Assembly (NCBI RefSeq): GCF_006345805.1 | Contig: NC_043003.1 | Span: 103,788,001 to 103,852,000, forward strand | Source of the DNA: Octopus sinensis | Lineage: Eukaryota | DNA length: 64,000 nt | Direction: 5' to 3' | Shown: one piece after another, positions 24,580 to 37,938 of the stretch | How positions within the stretch are numbered: position 1 is the stretch's first letter | How the letters are laid out: every line of letters begins with the position of its first letter | Translations under genes and position numbers: made by a program | Notes under the pieces: model-generated | The model's input: only the letters and a program-made list of their open reading frames with translations | Told to the model about the DNA's origin: nothing | The model's database searches: none

Positions 24580-26499
24580 TTAAACATTTTCTAATTATGC
24601 ACAAAGCTAAAGACCCTTAGCTAAAGACCTCAAAATTGTGCAACCCAACCACATTTTCGAGGTTATTTTTGTTGTAAAAAAGATTTGTGCAAAAAATATA
24701 CTTTATTTGATAGCTGAAAGATTACTGAATCTTTTGATACCTCAATACAACAAAATCGGAAACTCAGTTTTCAAATCTATGAGGTACAGCCACACACACA
24801 AACTGTTTTATATATTAAGATATATATATATATAATATCACATACATACATTTATATTACACTAGCAATGCACCCTGACATTGGCTGGGTGTTATGACCT
24901 ACAGTCATACTGTATTATTTGTTCCTTTCTTATGGGGAGAATTGGCACACAAAGAGTGTTATGCAAACAACTCTTCTTTATAAACATATTTTTCGGTTAT
25001 TTTCTGATGAACAAAGCTGAAATTTTTCACATCAAAAATGTATACATCGGCAGCTTAGATTAGAAGGAAATCCTAACATTGCCCCCAAATGACCTCAAAA
25101 TTATGTAACCCAGTCTGGTTTTGGTACTAATTTTTGAAGTAAAATAGGGATGTTGTGCAAAAAACTTCACACTGGTAGCTAAAAGATTGCTCAATCTTTT
25201 GATATCTCATACAGTAATATTGGCAACTCAGTTTCATGGCTACAGATTGGGTAACGCAGAAGCTGAAATAGTTCTTACCCACCCCATAATATTTGTTGAT
25301 TACTGTGGACAACACTCTTATACATAAGCTTCCCCAATCAAAAGGCCATGTTCAAAAGTATTATGGTTTTCTGCAAGCATATTTGGTATCAGTTTATATC
25401 AATATTGAAGCCAACAGAATAAAAGAGGAACTTTTCAGGCTGTATGTATATGTACATATATAAGGATATGAATAAACAGGGTTAGTGATGTGGGTAGTTT
25501 GGCATAAATGTATAGGAACGCTGTGCTTCTTGAAAATAGTCGAAAGGTTTTGGTCATTGCCTCATGTCTTTACCACACTTGAATGAATATAGGCTCTTAC
25601 TGTGCTTAATCCTTGGGGAAATTTTATTGAATTTAAACCCGAGAATGCTCCTTTGGCATTCCTGAGTCGTTTGCTACCAAGAAAATCAACATGGACAAAT
25701 TGTTTTTGGTAGTAATGCCAGAAACATAGTTTATGAGTCAATTTTCAGTTGAAAAATAGGGCTTTGTGCAAAGAAATGGTATCATAATATTTCTAAGACA
25801 TTGTTTAATCATGGAATACTGAAGACATTCACATTGGCAGTTTAGTTGTGGAACAAAGGCCATTATTGATGGAAAATGTGCCAATGATTGTGCCCCAAAA
25901 GCATGTTTTTTGGTCATTTTCCTTTGACAAGTAGGGCTTAGTGCATCACAAATGCACTCACAACACTCCTTGTACATTGTTGCATTTTTTGACACAAAAT
26001 ACATTAAAAGTGGCAATGTAGATTAGAAGCAAATCCAAATATTGCCTGAAAATGACCTCAAACTTGTGCAACCTGACATCATTTGTAGTAAAAAAAAAGG
26101 TGTTGTGCAAAAAACGTACTTTATTTGGTAGCTGAAAGATTGCTGAATCTTTTGACACCTCATACATCAAAAATTGGCAACTCAGTTTTTGAATCCACAC
26201 ACACAAACTCTGTTTTATAGATAACATGTACCAGATTTTTCTCAAAGTCACAGCTGCCTACAACCAGACTAAAAATATTCTAATTCTTCACTGCATGATT
26301 TGTCACACAAGACACATACTTATTTTTAATTCATTAAATGTGTTGTGATTCCTTCATTTCAAGAAGTGACATTTGAAAAAAACTAATAAAAAAAAACATT
26401 TTGTAACCTTGTATAATCATTTTGTTAAAACCCACTTTGGCTCACTTCCCAAAAAGATTGCCAAATCCTATGATAATCTGGAAAATACAATTTTTTTTT

Positions 26500-27140
26500 T
26501 CCTTTTGAGAGAGATGAGTTGACAGATCTTACCAATAAAATCTGTGCAGCTTTTGTAAAAACTGTGAATGAGAATAAATTCTTCAAGAGAACTGTTTATG
26601 TTGCAAAGAATTGCTTGAGTGAATCAAAGGAACAGATATATTTAATATTTTGTCTTCATGTCTGGAAACCAGAGGCCTTCCCTAGAAGAACTGCATTGGC
26701 ATCTATATTGATGGTTCTTCATCAGTTACTGGTTCTGTAAAAGATTTCATTTTTGTTGTAAAACAAGAAAATGCAAATACTGACTTCTATTCTTCACAAA
26801 GAAGTGCTAATTTCAAACCCCTAGCAAGATGAGTCGCAAAACACTTTTGATGATGGTGGAAAAATAATCAACACCACTAAACAAAGATTAGTTCATTTCG
26901 GAAATGTTTAAAAGTTATGTTAAAGTTCACACACAGAGTACATAAAAATCTCTTGTTGCACAAAGAAATCAAAGAGACAGTGGAATACTTCTAAATAGGA
27001 TTTTTGAAGTGGAAGATGAATTACAGGAATGGTTAAAAGAAAACAGCCCAGAGTTTATCAAGATGGAAAAGGGTTTCAAAAACTAGCCTACATAACAGAT
27101 ATTTTTCATCACTTGAATCAGCTGAACAAGTCTGAAGGAT
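26500..27140 (+). mobile_element. Degenerate hAT (Charlie/Buster-like) transposase fragment
   Basis: IDGSSSVTGSVK..VKQEN, LHKEVLISK, LNRIFEVEDELQ, QKLAYITDIFHHLNQLNKS; many frameshifts. Confidence 0.75.
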
Positions 27141-29389
27141 ACCAACTCCATCAAAGGGACTGGATCAGACCAGCTTTCAACCTGTATCAAGATATTGGCA
27201 TTGTCTCCTCACTCTTGACTTAAAAAAAAAAGAGAGAAAAGTCTGGGGATTTAGCTCAGGGTATCAGTCTAAAAAGCAGGTAACATTTCTTGACAGTTAA
27301 ATGTACTGAGGTAATGTAGAATAAAATGTTCAGCATTGAGAAAATGATTGCAATAGATCTGAACTCAAGAAAGTAAAATGAGTCCAACCCATTCATTGCT
27401 AGTGTCACACTGAAGCATTGACAAGCTGAAATAAAAGTGCTGGTCTTCAGATCGCATTGATAATGTGTTGAGACTTTCTACAGTAAATACATTGCATTTC
27501 TAATCAAGAAACAGAACATTATCTCCAATTGACCGAATGAAATAAACATTCTAGCTTCTTTTGTGATTAGCAATAGGAAAGGTGGCATCCAGCAATAAAA
27601 AAGTTGGTTCAAATGAAACTCCAAACTTTACATCACTAAAATTACCAGGGAGAAATGTATATCAGATAGAAAAAAAAACAAAACAAGCAAGAACTCCACA
27701 TGTATAACTCCACATGTATAGATGATGAATTTAAGGCAGTGCGCAATGAATGAAGTATTATGCTAAAATACAACAAAATATCTCCACTGGGTTTGAACCC
27801 CCAATTCGCAAACTCTGATACATCAATCTATTGGGTTTATAATATTATTCTCTCAGAAATATAGACATAAAGAATATAGATATAAAACTATTAGCCTTAT
27901 TTAGTTGATTCTGTTTCAAAGAGATTTGGCCATACCCTCACTTCAAACAGAATATTACTGGATCAGCTAATAGAGTCTATAGAAAGTAGTCAAAGGGATT
28001 TTTGATGCCGCTCAGTCCCATGCTATTTTTGGAATCCACAAATGTGAAACCAGACAATTATAAATCCTGGCAAATATATATAATAATCAACATACCAAGG
28101 ACCTATGTTTCTCTTGGAAGCTGGCAAAAATATTCTACCCCTTAACTACTAATCCACTACAAAAATCAGAGGAGGCCCACAATGGAGAATTACTCCCACA
28201 TCTAGGATGGAGCTAAGCATACATAAATCCCAGACTCCACCCAAAGAAATGCCACTCAACTGATTGGCATGAAGTCTTTTGCCAATACATTCCAACTCCT
28301 GGTTCAGAAATGTGATGTCTCCTCTCTCTCTCTCTCACTCTGTCTAAAAGCTATTTCAGAAGCATCTGCCCCATGGAGATGGCTTATCACATATCACTTC
28401 CACTCAAGCTATTCTAACTCATTCATTATCTTCTCTTCTCCTTCTCACCCATATGCTACCCTTCCCCACACCCATCAGATACAATACCAATTAATACATT
28501 CAATTCTTCCATGTCAGAATTCTGGCCCTCTGGAATCCATTCTCCACATACGTCTGTCAGTCTGTCTGTCTGTATCTCTCTTTAGGACTGCATTGATTTT
28601 ACCCATCTTGCAGAACCAGAAGAGTATGGGCTTAACCCCCTTCCTCTAGACCAAAGGTTCTCAACCCATTTTGGCCAAAGGCCCCCTTTTGATCCTTGGA
28701 TGCCACAAATGGCATCCCTTAGAAAATATTTATATTTTTCAATATACTATTTATTTTGATATCAGCAGATAATGATTGAAAAAAAAAACGAAATAATGAA
28801 TTGAAAGTTTGGTAATTGTATTTATTTCCACCATGTGACACTTATGAGATCAAAGTATTGTCTATCGAAAGAATGCCAATGAAATCATTTCAAACCTTTC
28901 TGATTTTCCTTATCAAAACAGCTAGAACTTGTACAACAATCTGACATATAAGTTATTGACACCTGGGAAGAGGATTTTTATGTTCAAGAAAGAGAGTGTA
29001 TTTGATAGTAATTGTTGAAATACATATGTATTTCATATGAGTAGCAAATTGTGGAGGATGGTATTCACAGTACTTGGATCTAGTTAGTTTGAGTCACAAA
29101 ATCAGCTCACTTTTAAAATGACGTAAAAAATATGAAAATTTGTCATATTAAATATTCATTTCTTAATCAGGATCTGGTTTGTTTCCTTCACAAAATCTGC
29201 ATTTTTTAAAAGGAAGTAAAAAATCTGAAAACTGGTTATCTTGATGCAGTTTTCCATGCTTATTCCTGTGAAGCCATGAACTTCTGGAGAAAAATTTGGT
29301 TTTAAAATACGGACAGTCCATATTTTAGTGTCCAATGAAGGAAAGGTAAGCATAAGTGGGCTGGTTACACCCCTGGCATAGGCCACAAG

Positions 29390-29732
29390 GTTATGGTCTC
29401 ACTTGGATTGCCGGGTCTTCTCAAGCACAGTATATTTCCAAAAGTCTCGGTCACTAGTCATTGCCTTGGTGAGGCCTAATGTTTGAAGGTCATGCTTCAC
29501 CACTTCATCGCAGGTCTTCCTGGGTCTACCTCTTCCACAGGTTCCCTCAACCGCTAGGGTGTGGCACTTTTTCACACAGCTATTCTCATCCATTCTCGCC
29601 ACATGACCATACCAGCGCAGTTGTCTCTCTTGCACATCACATGATGCTTCTTAGGTCCAACTTTTCTCTCAAAGTACTTACACTCTGTCAAGTATGCACA
29701 CTGACATTACACATCCATCGGATCATACTGGC
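29390..29732 (-). mobile_element. RTE LINE fragment, same family as 43190
   Basis: QERQLRWYGHVARMDENSCVKKCHTLAVEGTCGRGRPRKT. Confidence 0.8.
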
Positions 29733-31988
29733 TTCATATATATATATATATATATATACAAGTAAATGCCCACCCTGTCCATTGGGCAGTTTGTATAGGT
29801 GAAGAGAGTTAACTTGGATGGTGTTAAGTTGTGGAGATGTTTGGTGATCATATGGGGTTGTTACTATTGGTTAGGGTGAATGCAATCTTTTGATGAAAGA
29901 AGCATTTGTTATCTTACTTATTTGGTAGTGCTCTGTGAACTTGTCAAACGGACTACTAAAAGTTAAGGGTGTTTCAATGACATAACTCAAGCAATTTAGA
30001 AGCAGTAAAATTATTGTTTAGAAGTGACTGAATTGTGATTAAAAAAAAACAAACTTATCTAATAATGTTGATCTGTTCAGCTTGTTTACTGAAAGAATAC
30101 TGAACATTGGTCGATTAATTTTATGCAGCTGTAAAATCTTATGGAGAATGTATTACAAAGAATCTGACAATTCTGCCTGTTATGCAGTTTGAATGAGAGC
30201 CCCAAAATTTTATGCGTTTTAATAGCAATCAGTTTTTTCTCTTTTTTGCTTAATTAAAATGGTTGCCTTTTCCTCGTAGTTTTTCATGCCAGCTGTAAAA
30301 GTGAAGAAGGTTAACTAGTATGGTGTTAAAGTAGTGGAGATGTTTGGTGATTGTATGTGGTGGTTACTTTTGACTGTTTCTTCTCAATAAGGATAATTGA
30401 TTGATAACGAATCTTAACACAATATATATAGTGGAATCGACGTAGTGGTAAGGACAACGGGATACGTAACAGTAGTTTTTAATAAAAATAAAAATAGAAG
30501 TTTTAATCATCTGATGGAAAGGCAAACATTACAAAAATAGTGATTCTCACTTTGAAACTGACAATTTAAAAAATCTTTTTAGATTATGGAATGCCTAGCT
30601 CTCTCATGTATCCATGTTTAAAATTTCAGCACGATTGGATGAATAACACTCAAGTTATAAGCGCACAAACAGACAGACAGAATGGGATTTATATATTATA
30701 TATATATATGTATATATGCATACACACATACATTTCGTAGACTACGACTTCAGAAAAAGTATTTTTAGGATAAAATACACACAATATAAATGTTAACATA
30801 TTAATTCATATAGTACCAACTAGTAAGTATATATTTAATAACGAACCATGTAATCCACACTCTTGAAAATGTATTCCTGTAAAATGTTGGGGTGGGGGTG
30901 AAATTTCTGTGGGTTCCACCCCCACCTCAACCCCTGTTTTCTGGACAAAACAAGTGATTTTGTAGCATATTAAGAGGCTACCGTAATTCATTGAATGTAA
31001 AAATAAAAAGAAACAAGCATTTTCCAATGATTCCGGGAAGGGGAATGGTGAAATTTTCGAGGACCCTCCCACCCATTTTCCGTATTAAAAAAAGTGCTTT
31101 GAGGTATATTAGGAGGTCACCACAATTCCTTCAATGCCCCCCAAAACAAATTTCTAACGATTCCGGGATGGTGGGGGACTGCCCCCCCCTTTTTACTGAA
31201 CAAAAATAAGGGGTTTGCAGCACATTAGGGGGTCAGGGTACTTGATTCAATGCAAAAAATCCGAGGTTTTTCTTTTTCCTTAGTGAAATACATGCAGGTG
31301 TACTTCCCAAAATTTACCATTATTTTCTATGTAAGCCCTTCGAAGTTACTTTAACAACTTTATCATTCAAATTTAAATAAATGTTATTAAAAAACTTAAA
31401 TATTTAAAAAAAAAAAAAAGAAAACTGAAAATAAAATACTAACAGGTTATTAAACAAATTATTTTGTAAGTGACTTTATCAAATTTGTTCCGCTTACTCT
31501 GGAAACCTAAATCAATTTTCATATTTTCCCGAGTTTTAGTTTAGTTAATTATCCTGCCGATGTATGTCCCTAAAACCAAAGTTCACCATTAATTGACGCT
31601 ACTTTAGTTAAAGATTACGATCCAATGCATTATGTCCATATGATGTGAGGATGTGTGTGGCATGACGGAGATTTAGTGCTTATTTGAGACAGGTTGAACA
31701 ACCACTTGTGTATGTAGAAGGTGGGTGGCTTAGAAAGATGCAGGCTTGCAGAATATTGTGTACATTAAATCATCATCATCATCGTTTAACGTCCATTTTC
31801 CGCACTAGCACGAGTTGGACGGTTTGACCGGGGTCTGGGAAGCCAGGGGCTGCACCAGGCTCCAGTCTGATCTGGCAGTGTTTCTACAGCTGGATGCCCT
31901 TCCTAATGCCAACCACTCCTCGAGTGTAGTGGGTGCTTTTTATGTGCCAGGGTAGTCTGGCAGCGGCCACGATTGGTTGGTGCTTTTA

Positions 31989-32400
31989 ACGTGCCACCGG
32001 CACGGAAGCCAGTCAAGGCGGTGCTGGCATCGGCCATATTCGGATGGTGCTTTTTACGTGCCACCGGCACAGAAGCCAGTTGAGGCGACGCTGGCATCGG
32101 CCACGTTCGGATGGTGCTTTTTACGTGCCACCGGCACGGAAGCCAGTCAAGGCGGTGCTGGCATCGGCCATATTCGGATGGTGCTTTTTACGTGCCACCG
32201 GCACAGGAGCCAGTTGAGGCGACGCTGGCATCGGCCACGTTCGGATGGTGCTTTTTACGTGCCACCGGCACAGAAGCCAGTTGAGGCGGCACTGGCATCG
32301 GCCATGTTCGTATGGTGCTTTTTACGTGCCACCGGCACAGAAGCCAGTTGAGGCGGCACTGGCATCGGCCACGTTCAGATGGTGCTTTTTACGTGCCACC
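31989..32400. repeat. 67-bp tandem array, 6 units, within an RTE 3'UTR copy
   Basis: acgtgccacc recurs at 31989, 32056, 32123, 32190, 32257, 32324, 32391. Confidence 0.9.
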
Positions 32401-32688
32401 GGAACAGGTATCACAACTACTATTTCCATTGATATTTATTTCGAGATACGTTGGTTAATATATAGTTTAAGACCTGGTCACGAAAACTATATTAACCTTC
32501 ACTCTCGCTGCGTGGCACCTATACTATAACCTCAGGTCCACCAAAACCTTGAAAGTAGATTTGGTAAACGGAAACTGAAAGAACACTGTGTGTGTGTATG
32601 TATATATATACATATATATAAAAGAATTTTTTGCGTAATGAGATAAAATCCAAGGCTGTGTAGATATTAGAGCATTTATAGATAGAAT

Positions 32689-32739
32689 GTCTTACAGCTG
32701 TTTCCAGGATATTTATTAATTATATCCTTCATCGGAGAC
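32689..32739 (-). ncRNA. Hammerhead-like fold (variant core)
   Basis: GUCU / CCGAUGA / AGGAUAU..AUAUCCU / G-GAAA-CAGCUG-UA / AGAC. U4C change and one extra G. Confidence 0.5.
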
Positions 32740-33261
32740 GGTGTGGTGTGTGTGTTTCTCCCCTATCACTGCTTGACAACCGGTGTTGGTATGTTTACAC
32801 CCCTGCAACTTAGTGGTTCAGCAAAAGGAACCGATTGAATAAGCAGTAGGCTTAAAAAATAAGTCTTGGAGTCGATTTGTTCAACTAAAACTTTTCAAGG
32901 CGGTCATCATCATCATTGTTCGACCGTGGTCAAGACAATGGAATTTACCATGCTATGCCAGACTTCACGGTCCATCATAGCATTACGGAGGTCCTGTTGC
33001 TGGATGCCTGTATCCCTGGAGATTACATCAGGTTAGGAGAGTATACACCCTCTGGTATTGCGAGTAGATGGCTTCCAGAGGAGAAGAGGAGAGGTGCTCC
33101 AGCATGGTCGCAGTCAAATGACAAAAATATATATATATATATATCATTTGTAGAAATACATAAATCTGGAGGAGAAGCAGCACACTCTAAGATGTAGAGC
33201 AATTGCTGGCCAACCATGTCTGGCAATTATGAGACGAAGAGATTCCATGCTTGATTGCATT

Positions 33262-33563
33262 TGTTTGTTCCTTCTCAAGCCATGCCTGGCTCATAAGGGC
33301 TGGTTTCCCGGTTTCTTTGGTGTATAGGTTCCCCACCTGGATGGGACGCCGGTCCATCACAGGTGAGCTGCAAGATGCAGGAGGAAAGAGTGAGAGAAAG
33401 TTGTGGTGAAAGAGTCAGCAGAGGTTTGCCATTACCTTCTGCCGGAGCTGTGTGGAGCTTAGGTGTTTCGCTCATAAACACACACATCGCCCGGTCTGAG
33501 ATTCGAACCTGCGATCCCTCGACCGCGAGTCCACTGCTCTAACTACTAGGCCATGTGCCTCCA
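33262..33563 (-). mobile_element. tRNA-derived SINE with the family-C head but a different 3' half
   Basis: ggaggcacatggcctagtagttagagcagtggactcgcggtc..gaaacacctaagctccac, then gatggaccggcgtcccatccagg. Confidence 0.75.
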
Positions 33564-33565
33564 CC

Positions 33566-33975
33566 TTGATTTCATGGAAAATACTCGAGAACCCAGGCCC
33601 CTACATCAACAGGACAAAACAGTGCAAGTTATGCATTGCTGAATGCATGAGGATCCTTAAAGATTTGCTTGTGCCATGGGTCATCCTGAATTCCAGGATG
33701 GAGATTTTTGAACCATGTCTGCATTTTAGAAAATTCCGAAGGAAGACAATTGTTTTCTTCCGTGGTGCTTTGGTGACCACAAGATGGCAGCACGGTCGAT
33801 GATCGATGAACAAAGGCAAAGGGAGATAATTACCTGGAGTTTTATCCTTAAAAACGATGCGTTTCCCCCACCATATTTTAAAGAGGTCTCAGGCCAGCAG
33901 TGTTTGGGCCCTGTAAAGCTAAGCCCCTTATGAGCTAGAAACCTAGGGTAACCCCATAAACTGGCCTACCCCACT
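33566..33975 (+). mobile_element. Penelope-like element C-terminal fragment and 3' region
   Basis: ISWKILENPGPY...CKLCIAE..IL...ILNSRMEIFEPCLHFRKF resembles the PLE GIY-YIG C-terminal motif; ends at TA/TG repeats. Confidence 0.6.
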
Positions 33976-34410
33976 ATGATATATATGTGTGTGTGTGTAT
34001 TTCTCCCCTATCACTGCTTGACAACCAGTGTTGGTATGTTTACACCCCTGAAACTTAGCGGTTCAGCAAAAGAAACCGATTGAATAAGCACTAGGCTTAA
34101 AAAATAAGTCCTGGGGTCGATTTATTCGACTAAAACTTTTCAAGGCGGTGCTCCAGCATGGTTGCAGTCAAATGACTGGAACATGTAAAAGAATAAAAGA
34201 AAATATATATATATCTTGTCAATGCATCAGATATCCTAAAAAGAAGCACACTCTGAAGCATGGAGCAGTAATGCATTTATCGGTAGTTAAGTCTACGTCT
34301 GGTCACAGAGTAAGAAATGGTTTCACATCCACAAAGAGCTTAGCCCCCATGGATGGCTCCACAGACTCTAAAACTGAAGACCTGGAAGGCAGGAATCTGT
34401 GACGGATATA

Positions 34411-34990
34411 TACAATGTGTCCATAAAGTCATTATGGCATTTCAAAACTATTGATGTAACTTGAAACACTGCACATTTCAAACACATGTTGAATATGAAA
34501 CCAACCAATAAACTTTACTCACGTTTCTTCAGAACTTTGTGAACAGTGCTCTTCTTAGGGCCTACTTGCTTAGCGTAGACATGCACTGGTTTCTTTGAAT
34601 TCCGTAGGTAGACGTCCCTTATAGCCTCAATAGACTCGTCACTCATCGGTAGTCTGCTGGAAGGTTTTGCAACCAGCAAGCTGCCAGTTTCCTTAAACTG
34701 GCGATTCCAACGGCGAATGCTGTTTTGATGTGGTGGCTCATCATTAAACACGTGACTGTATTCATGACAAACACATGTCATGGATTCAAATTTCACAAGC
34801 CGAAGAACGCATTGAACTTTCCTTTACACTGTACACATCTTGACAGATGAATCGGCTTGACTTGCTGTCATTTGTACCCGCATTTTCTTCACTATCCGAC
34901 TGGAGTATCAATTAGGTGTATGTAGGGCAACAGATGGAAGCCACACTGAACTGCGCTAAACTGTACGCAAACTTTATTAGCTGGTCTCAT
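34411..34990 (-). mobile_element. Tc1/mariner fragment (transposase N-terminal HTH)
   Basis: PPHQNSIRRWNRQFKETGSL...STVHKVLKKR; TIR-like tacaatgtgtccataaagtc. Confidence 0.7.
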
Positions 34991-36892
34991 TTAATAGGTA
35001 TATGAAATGTGTAGTGTTGGAAGTTACATCAATAAATAATTTTAAAATCCCACCAATCAGAAGAGAGAAGGTAGTGCCCATGACCCGTTACAAGACCTCC
35101 GAGACAGGTGGGAATGAGGAAGGTATCCTCAAACCGGTACGTTACAACAGGATGGATTTTGCTAAAAACATCCAAGGTGTTAGGTGGTGGTGTTAAGCCG
35201 GGCGACACAGTATGTCTACCACCTTTGTAGACTATGATGGAGTTTGAAATCAGAACACAAACAACAAGAACAATTATCAGATAGACAGCCTATTTTTTAG
35301 TCGACCCCGAAAGGATGAAAGACAAAACTGACCTAATAGACATGAGTCCATAAATTTAAAAATAGAAAATCGATTATCCTTCCCCCTACACACATACCCA
35401 GTATTTGACTGGTACCTGGAAGGATGAAAGGTGCAGTCCATCACGGCGAAATTCGAAAAACGTAAGGAGCAGCACCTGAATTCCGCTCCAAACATTTTGC
35501 AGTGCCCTGCTCCAAACGTTAGTAAGGTTTCTGTGTATGAACATGCACAAGGCGAACAACGGTTGAAAAGAGAAAACTTTACAAGGGAAGCATGAAGAAG
35601 AAATGTCTTTCGGACATAAGGGGAGAGGGCATTATTTGATATTATCGATCCCAGTATTTGACCCCGAAAGGATAATAGGTAAAGTTGACCTCGGCGGAAT
35701 TTGAACTCAGCACGTAGAGCCGGAAGAAGTGCTGTTAAGCATTTTGTATGATACACCAACCATTCGGCCAATCTAACGCCTTTTACTTTCCATTACAGGC
35801 TCAAGATCTGAAATTCTGGTGGAAGGAATTAGTTGATTGCATCGATCCGACTGCGAAAGCCTTTAATAATAATAATCCTTTCGTATCTGGCATAAGGCCA
35901 GCAATTTTAAGGAAAGTGGATTAATCAGTTACATCGAGTCCAATGCTTGACTGATACTTTATTTCCTCGATTCCGGAGACATGAAAGGTAACAACAGCAG
36001 GGTTTGAACTCTGAAGGTAAGAGCCGGCAGAAACACCGCAAAGTATTCTGATTTTTGCCAATGTACTGCTATTTCTTCTGACACTTTACGTTCTGAGTTC
36101 GACTTTGCCTTTCATCTTTCGAGATCGATAAAATAAGTTCCAGTTGAGCTCCGGGGTCGATGTAATTGACTAACCCACCACCACCACCACCACCAAATTT
36201 CAGGCCCTGTATCTATGCTAGAAAAGATTATTATTATGACAGACCGTTGACAGAGTGTTGGCAGAATCCTTAGCGAGCTGGATGAAATGCTTAGCGGTAT
36301 TTCATCCGTTGCTACGTTCTGAGTTCAAATTCCGCCGAGATCGACTTTGCCTTTCATCCTCTCAGGGTCAATTAAATTAGGTACCAGAGAAACATTGGAG
36401 TCGATTACATCGACTAGCCTCTTCACCCCCAAAATTTCAGGCCTTGTGTCTATTGTAGAAAAGATTATGACAGAACGAGTAACAATTGGGCATTTTAAAT
36501 GTGGCAGTGTAAGGTAGTTGAAGGCATAATCCCAATTTTGGTATTACTAGATCTATCACACTAAATTGAAGGGGTTAGGACGATCTTTATAGAAGTTTCC
36601 TTGACGAAGAGACGTCTCAATGACTAGTTTGGTTCAGATGACCAGCAGAAGAATCGTTAAGGCTGCTGGTGATAATAATGATACCGATGCTGAATTGTTA
36701 ATCAAAACAGAAATAAGAGAGGATCACCTTTGTCGGAAGTGTTGTATAAATTCACAGACAAAACCATCAATGTAAAGTAATACTGCATGAATAGAGGGGA
36801 AGAAAATTATTATGAGTCCTAGGAAGTGAGGAAAGACCTATTTTCAAGTAGCAATAGACAGAAGGAAAACTTACTTTCACACCAAATCTTAC

Positions 36893-37031
36893 GGTGCCAT
36901 ACCCTTAGGTGACTCCTGAGGTTCGTGTTAGAGCGATGGTATCGAACATTCCTGCCACATATCTTACAAAAGGCATCCTGAGCACTGACAGCCGTGAAAT
37001 AATTCCAAACTATGCATGTTTTCCGTCGCAT
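36893..37031 (-). CDS. First coding exon of a BED zinc-finger / coiled-coil gene (MRRKTCIVWNYFTAVSAQDAFCKICGRNVRYHRSNTNLRSHLRVWH)
   Basis: BED-finger pattern: VWNYF, CxxC, TNLRSHLRVWH (H-x4-H). ATG in gaaaaATG context. Acceptor ttcattttcgtttcag ends at 37078. Donor C|GTAAGA after 46 codons + 1 nt (phase 1). Confidence 0.75.
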
Positions 37032-37144
37032 TTTTCACTGTTTACTCAAAATCGCAAAACAAAGAAAACTCGGAATGCTGAAACGAAAATGAAAGTATTC
37101 CGATATTTGTGTGTGCGTGTGTTTGTTTGTGTATCTCTCTCTCT

Positions 37145-37151
37145 CTCTCCC

Positions 37152-37233
<82 letters not shown>

Positions 37234-37262
37234 ATATGTGTGTATATGTATATATCTATGTG

Positions 37263-37295
<33 letters not shown>

Positions 37296-37344
37296 GTGTA
37301 TGTATATATCTATATGTATGTGTGTATATATATATATTATATAT

Positions 37345-37379
<35 letters not shown>

Positions 37380-37380
37380 T
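37145..37380. repeat. Long compound (TA)n/(TATG)n microsatellite
   Basis: Direct reading. Other microsatellites include (GA)n 16716-16790 and (TA)n 14487-14525 and 45058-45097. Confidence 0.95.
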
Positions 37381-37938
37381 AGAAGAAATGAGGTACTCAG
37401 AAAATCGGATGGCTTTATATTTACAGATATTTATTTGTATATTACATTTTTTATACATCATATAACTTAGATCATCATGTATTAGCGCTTTCTCCCATTC
37501 TAGTGGGGTTTTCAAATCAAACTAAGTTCCTGTGTGAAAAGTTTTGACCATTTTATAGTGGTATATAAATGGTGTGAAGTATTTTGGGTTATACAAATGA
37601 TTATTTCTGTTTAGGTAAAATATAACAAAATCTATTGTTGTTATTTAGAGTGTCGGAAACATGCTTTGCGGTAGTTATTCAGGCCCTTTATGTTCTGAGT
37701 TCAAATCGCACTTGGGTCAACTTTGCCTCTCGCCTTTTTGTTGTCGTTAAATTGCAGAACCAGCCAAGTACTAGAGCCAATGTAATCGACAAACCGTTTT
37801 CCCCCAAAATTGGTATCATAGTTCCTAAAGAAGACCCCATTATCATTTCTTATACATACAATATATATGTGTATATATATATATATATAATATATATATA
37901 TATACAACAATATTAAGGAATGGCCTTGATAAGCCATT

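Noticed and set aside
31989-32400. CRISPR-like regular array (also the 32-bp array at 18586)
   Set aside because: No unique spacers; eukaryotic tandem repeats derived from retroelements.
33923-33949. Hammerhead remnant in the PLE 3' region (CTTATGA-GCTA-GAAA)
   Set aside because: Essential G5 is changed and there is no stem II.
36893-37031. BED finger as a simple hAT transposase remnant
   Set aside because: No adjacent transposase body or TIR; clean frame with good splice sites. The hAT fragment at 26.5 kb is on the opposite strand and decayed.
37042-37515. Long ORFs rich in Y/I/C/V/H/T on both strands (also 3972-4437, 22449-22680 and others)
   Set aside because: Translations of (TA)n/(TG)n/(CA)n microsatellites.
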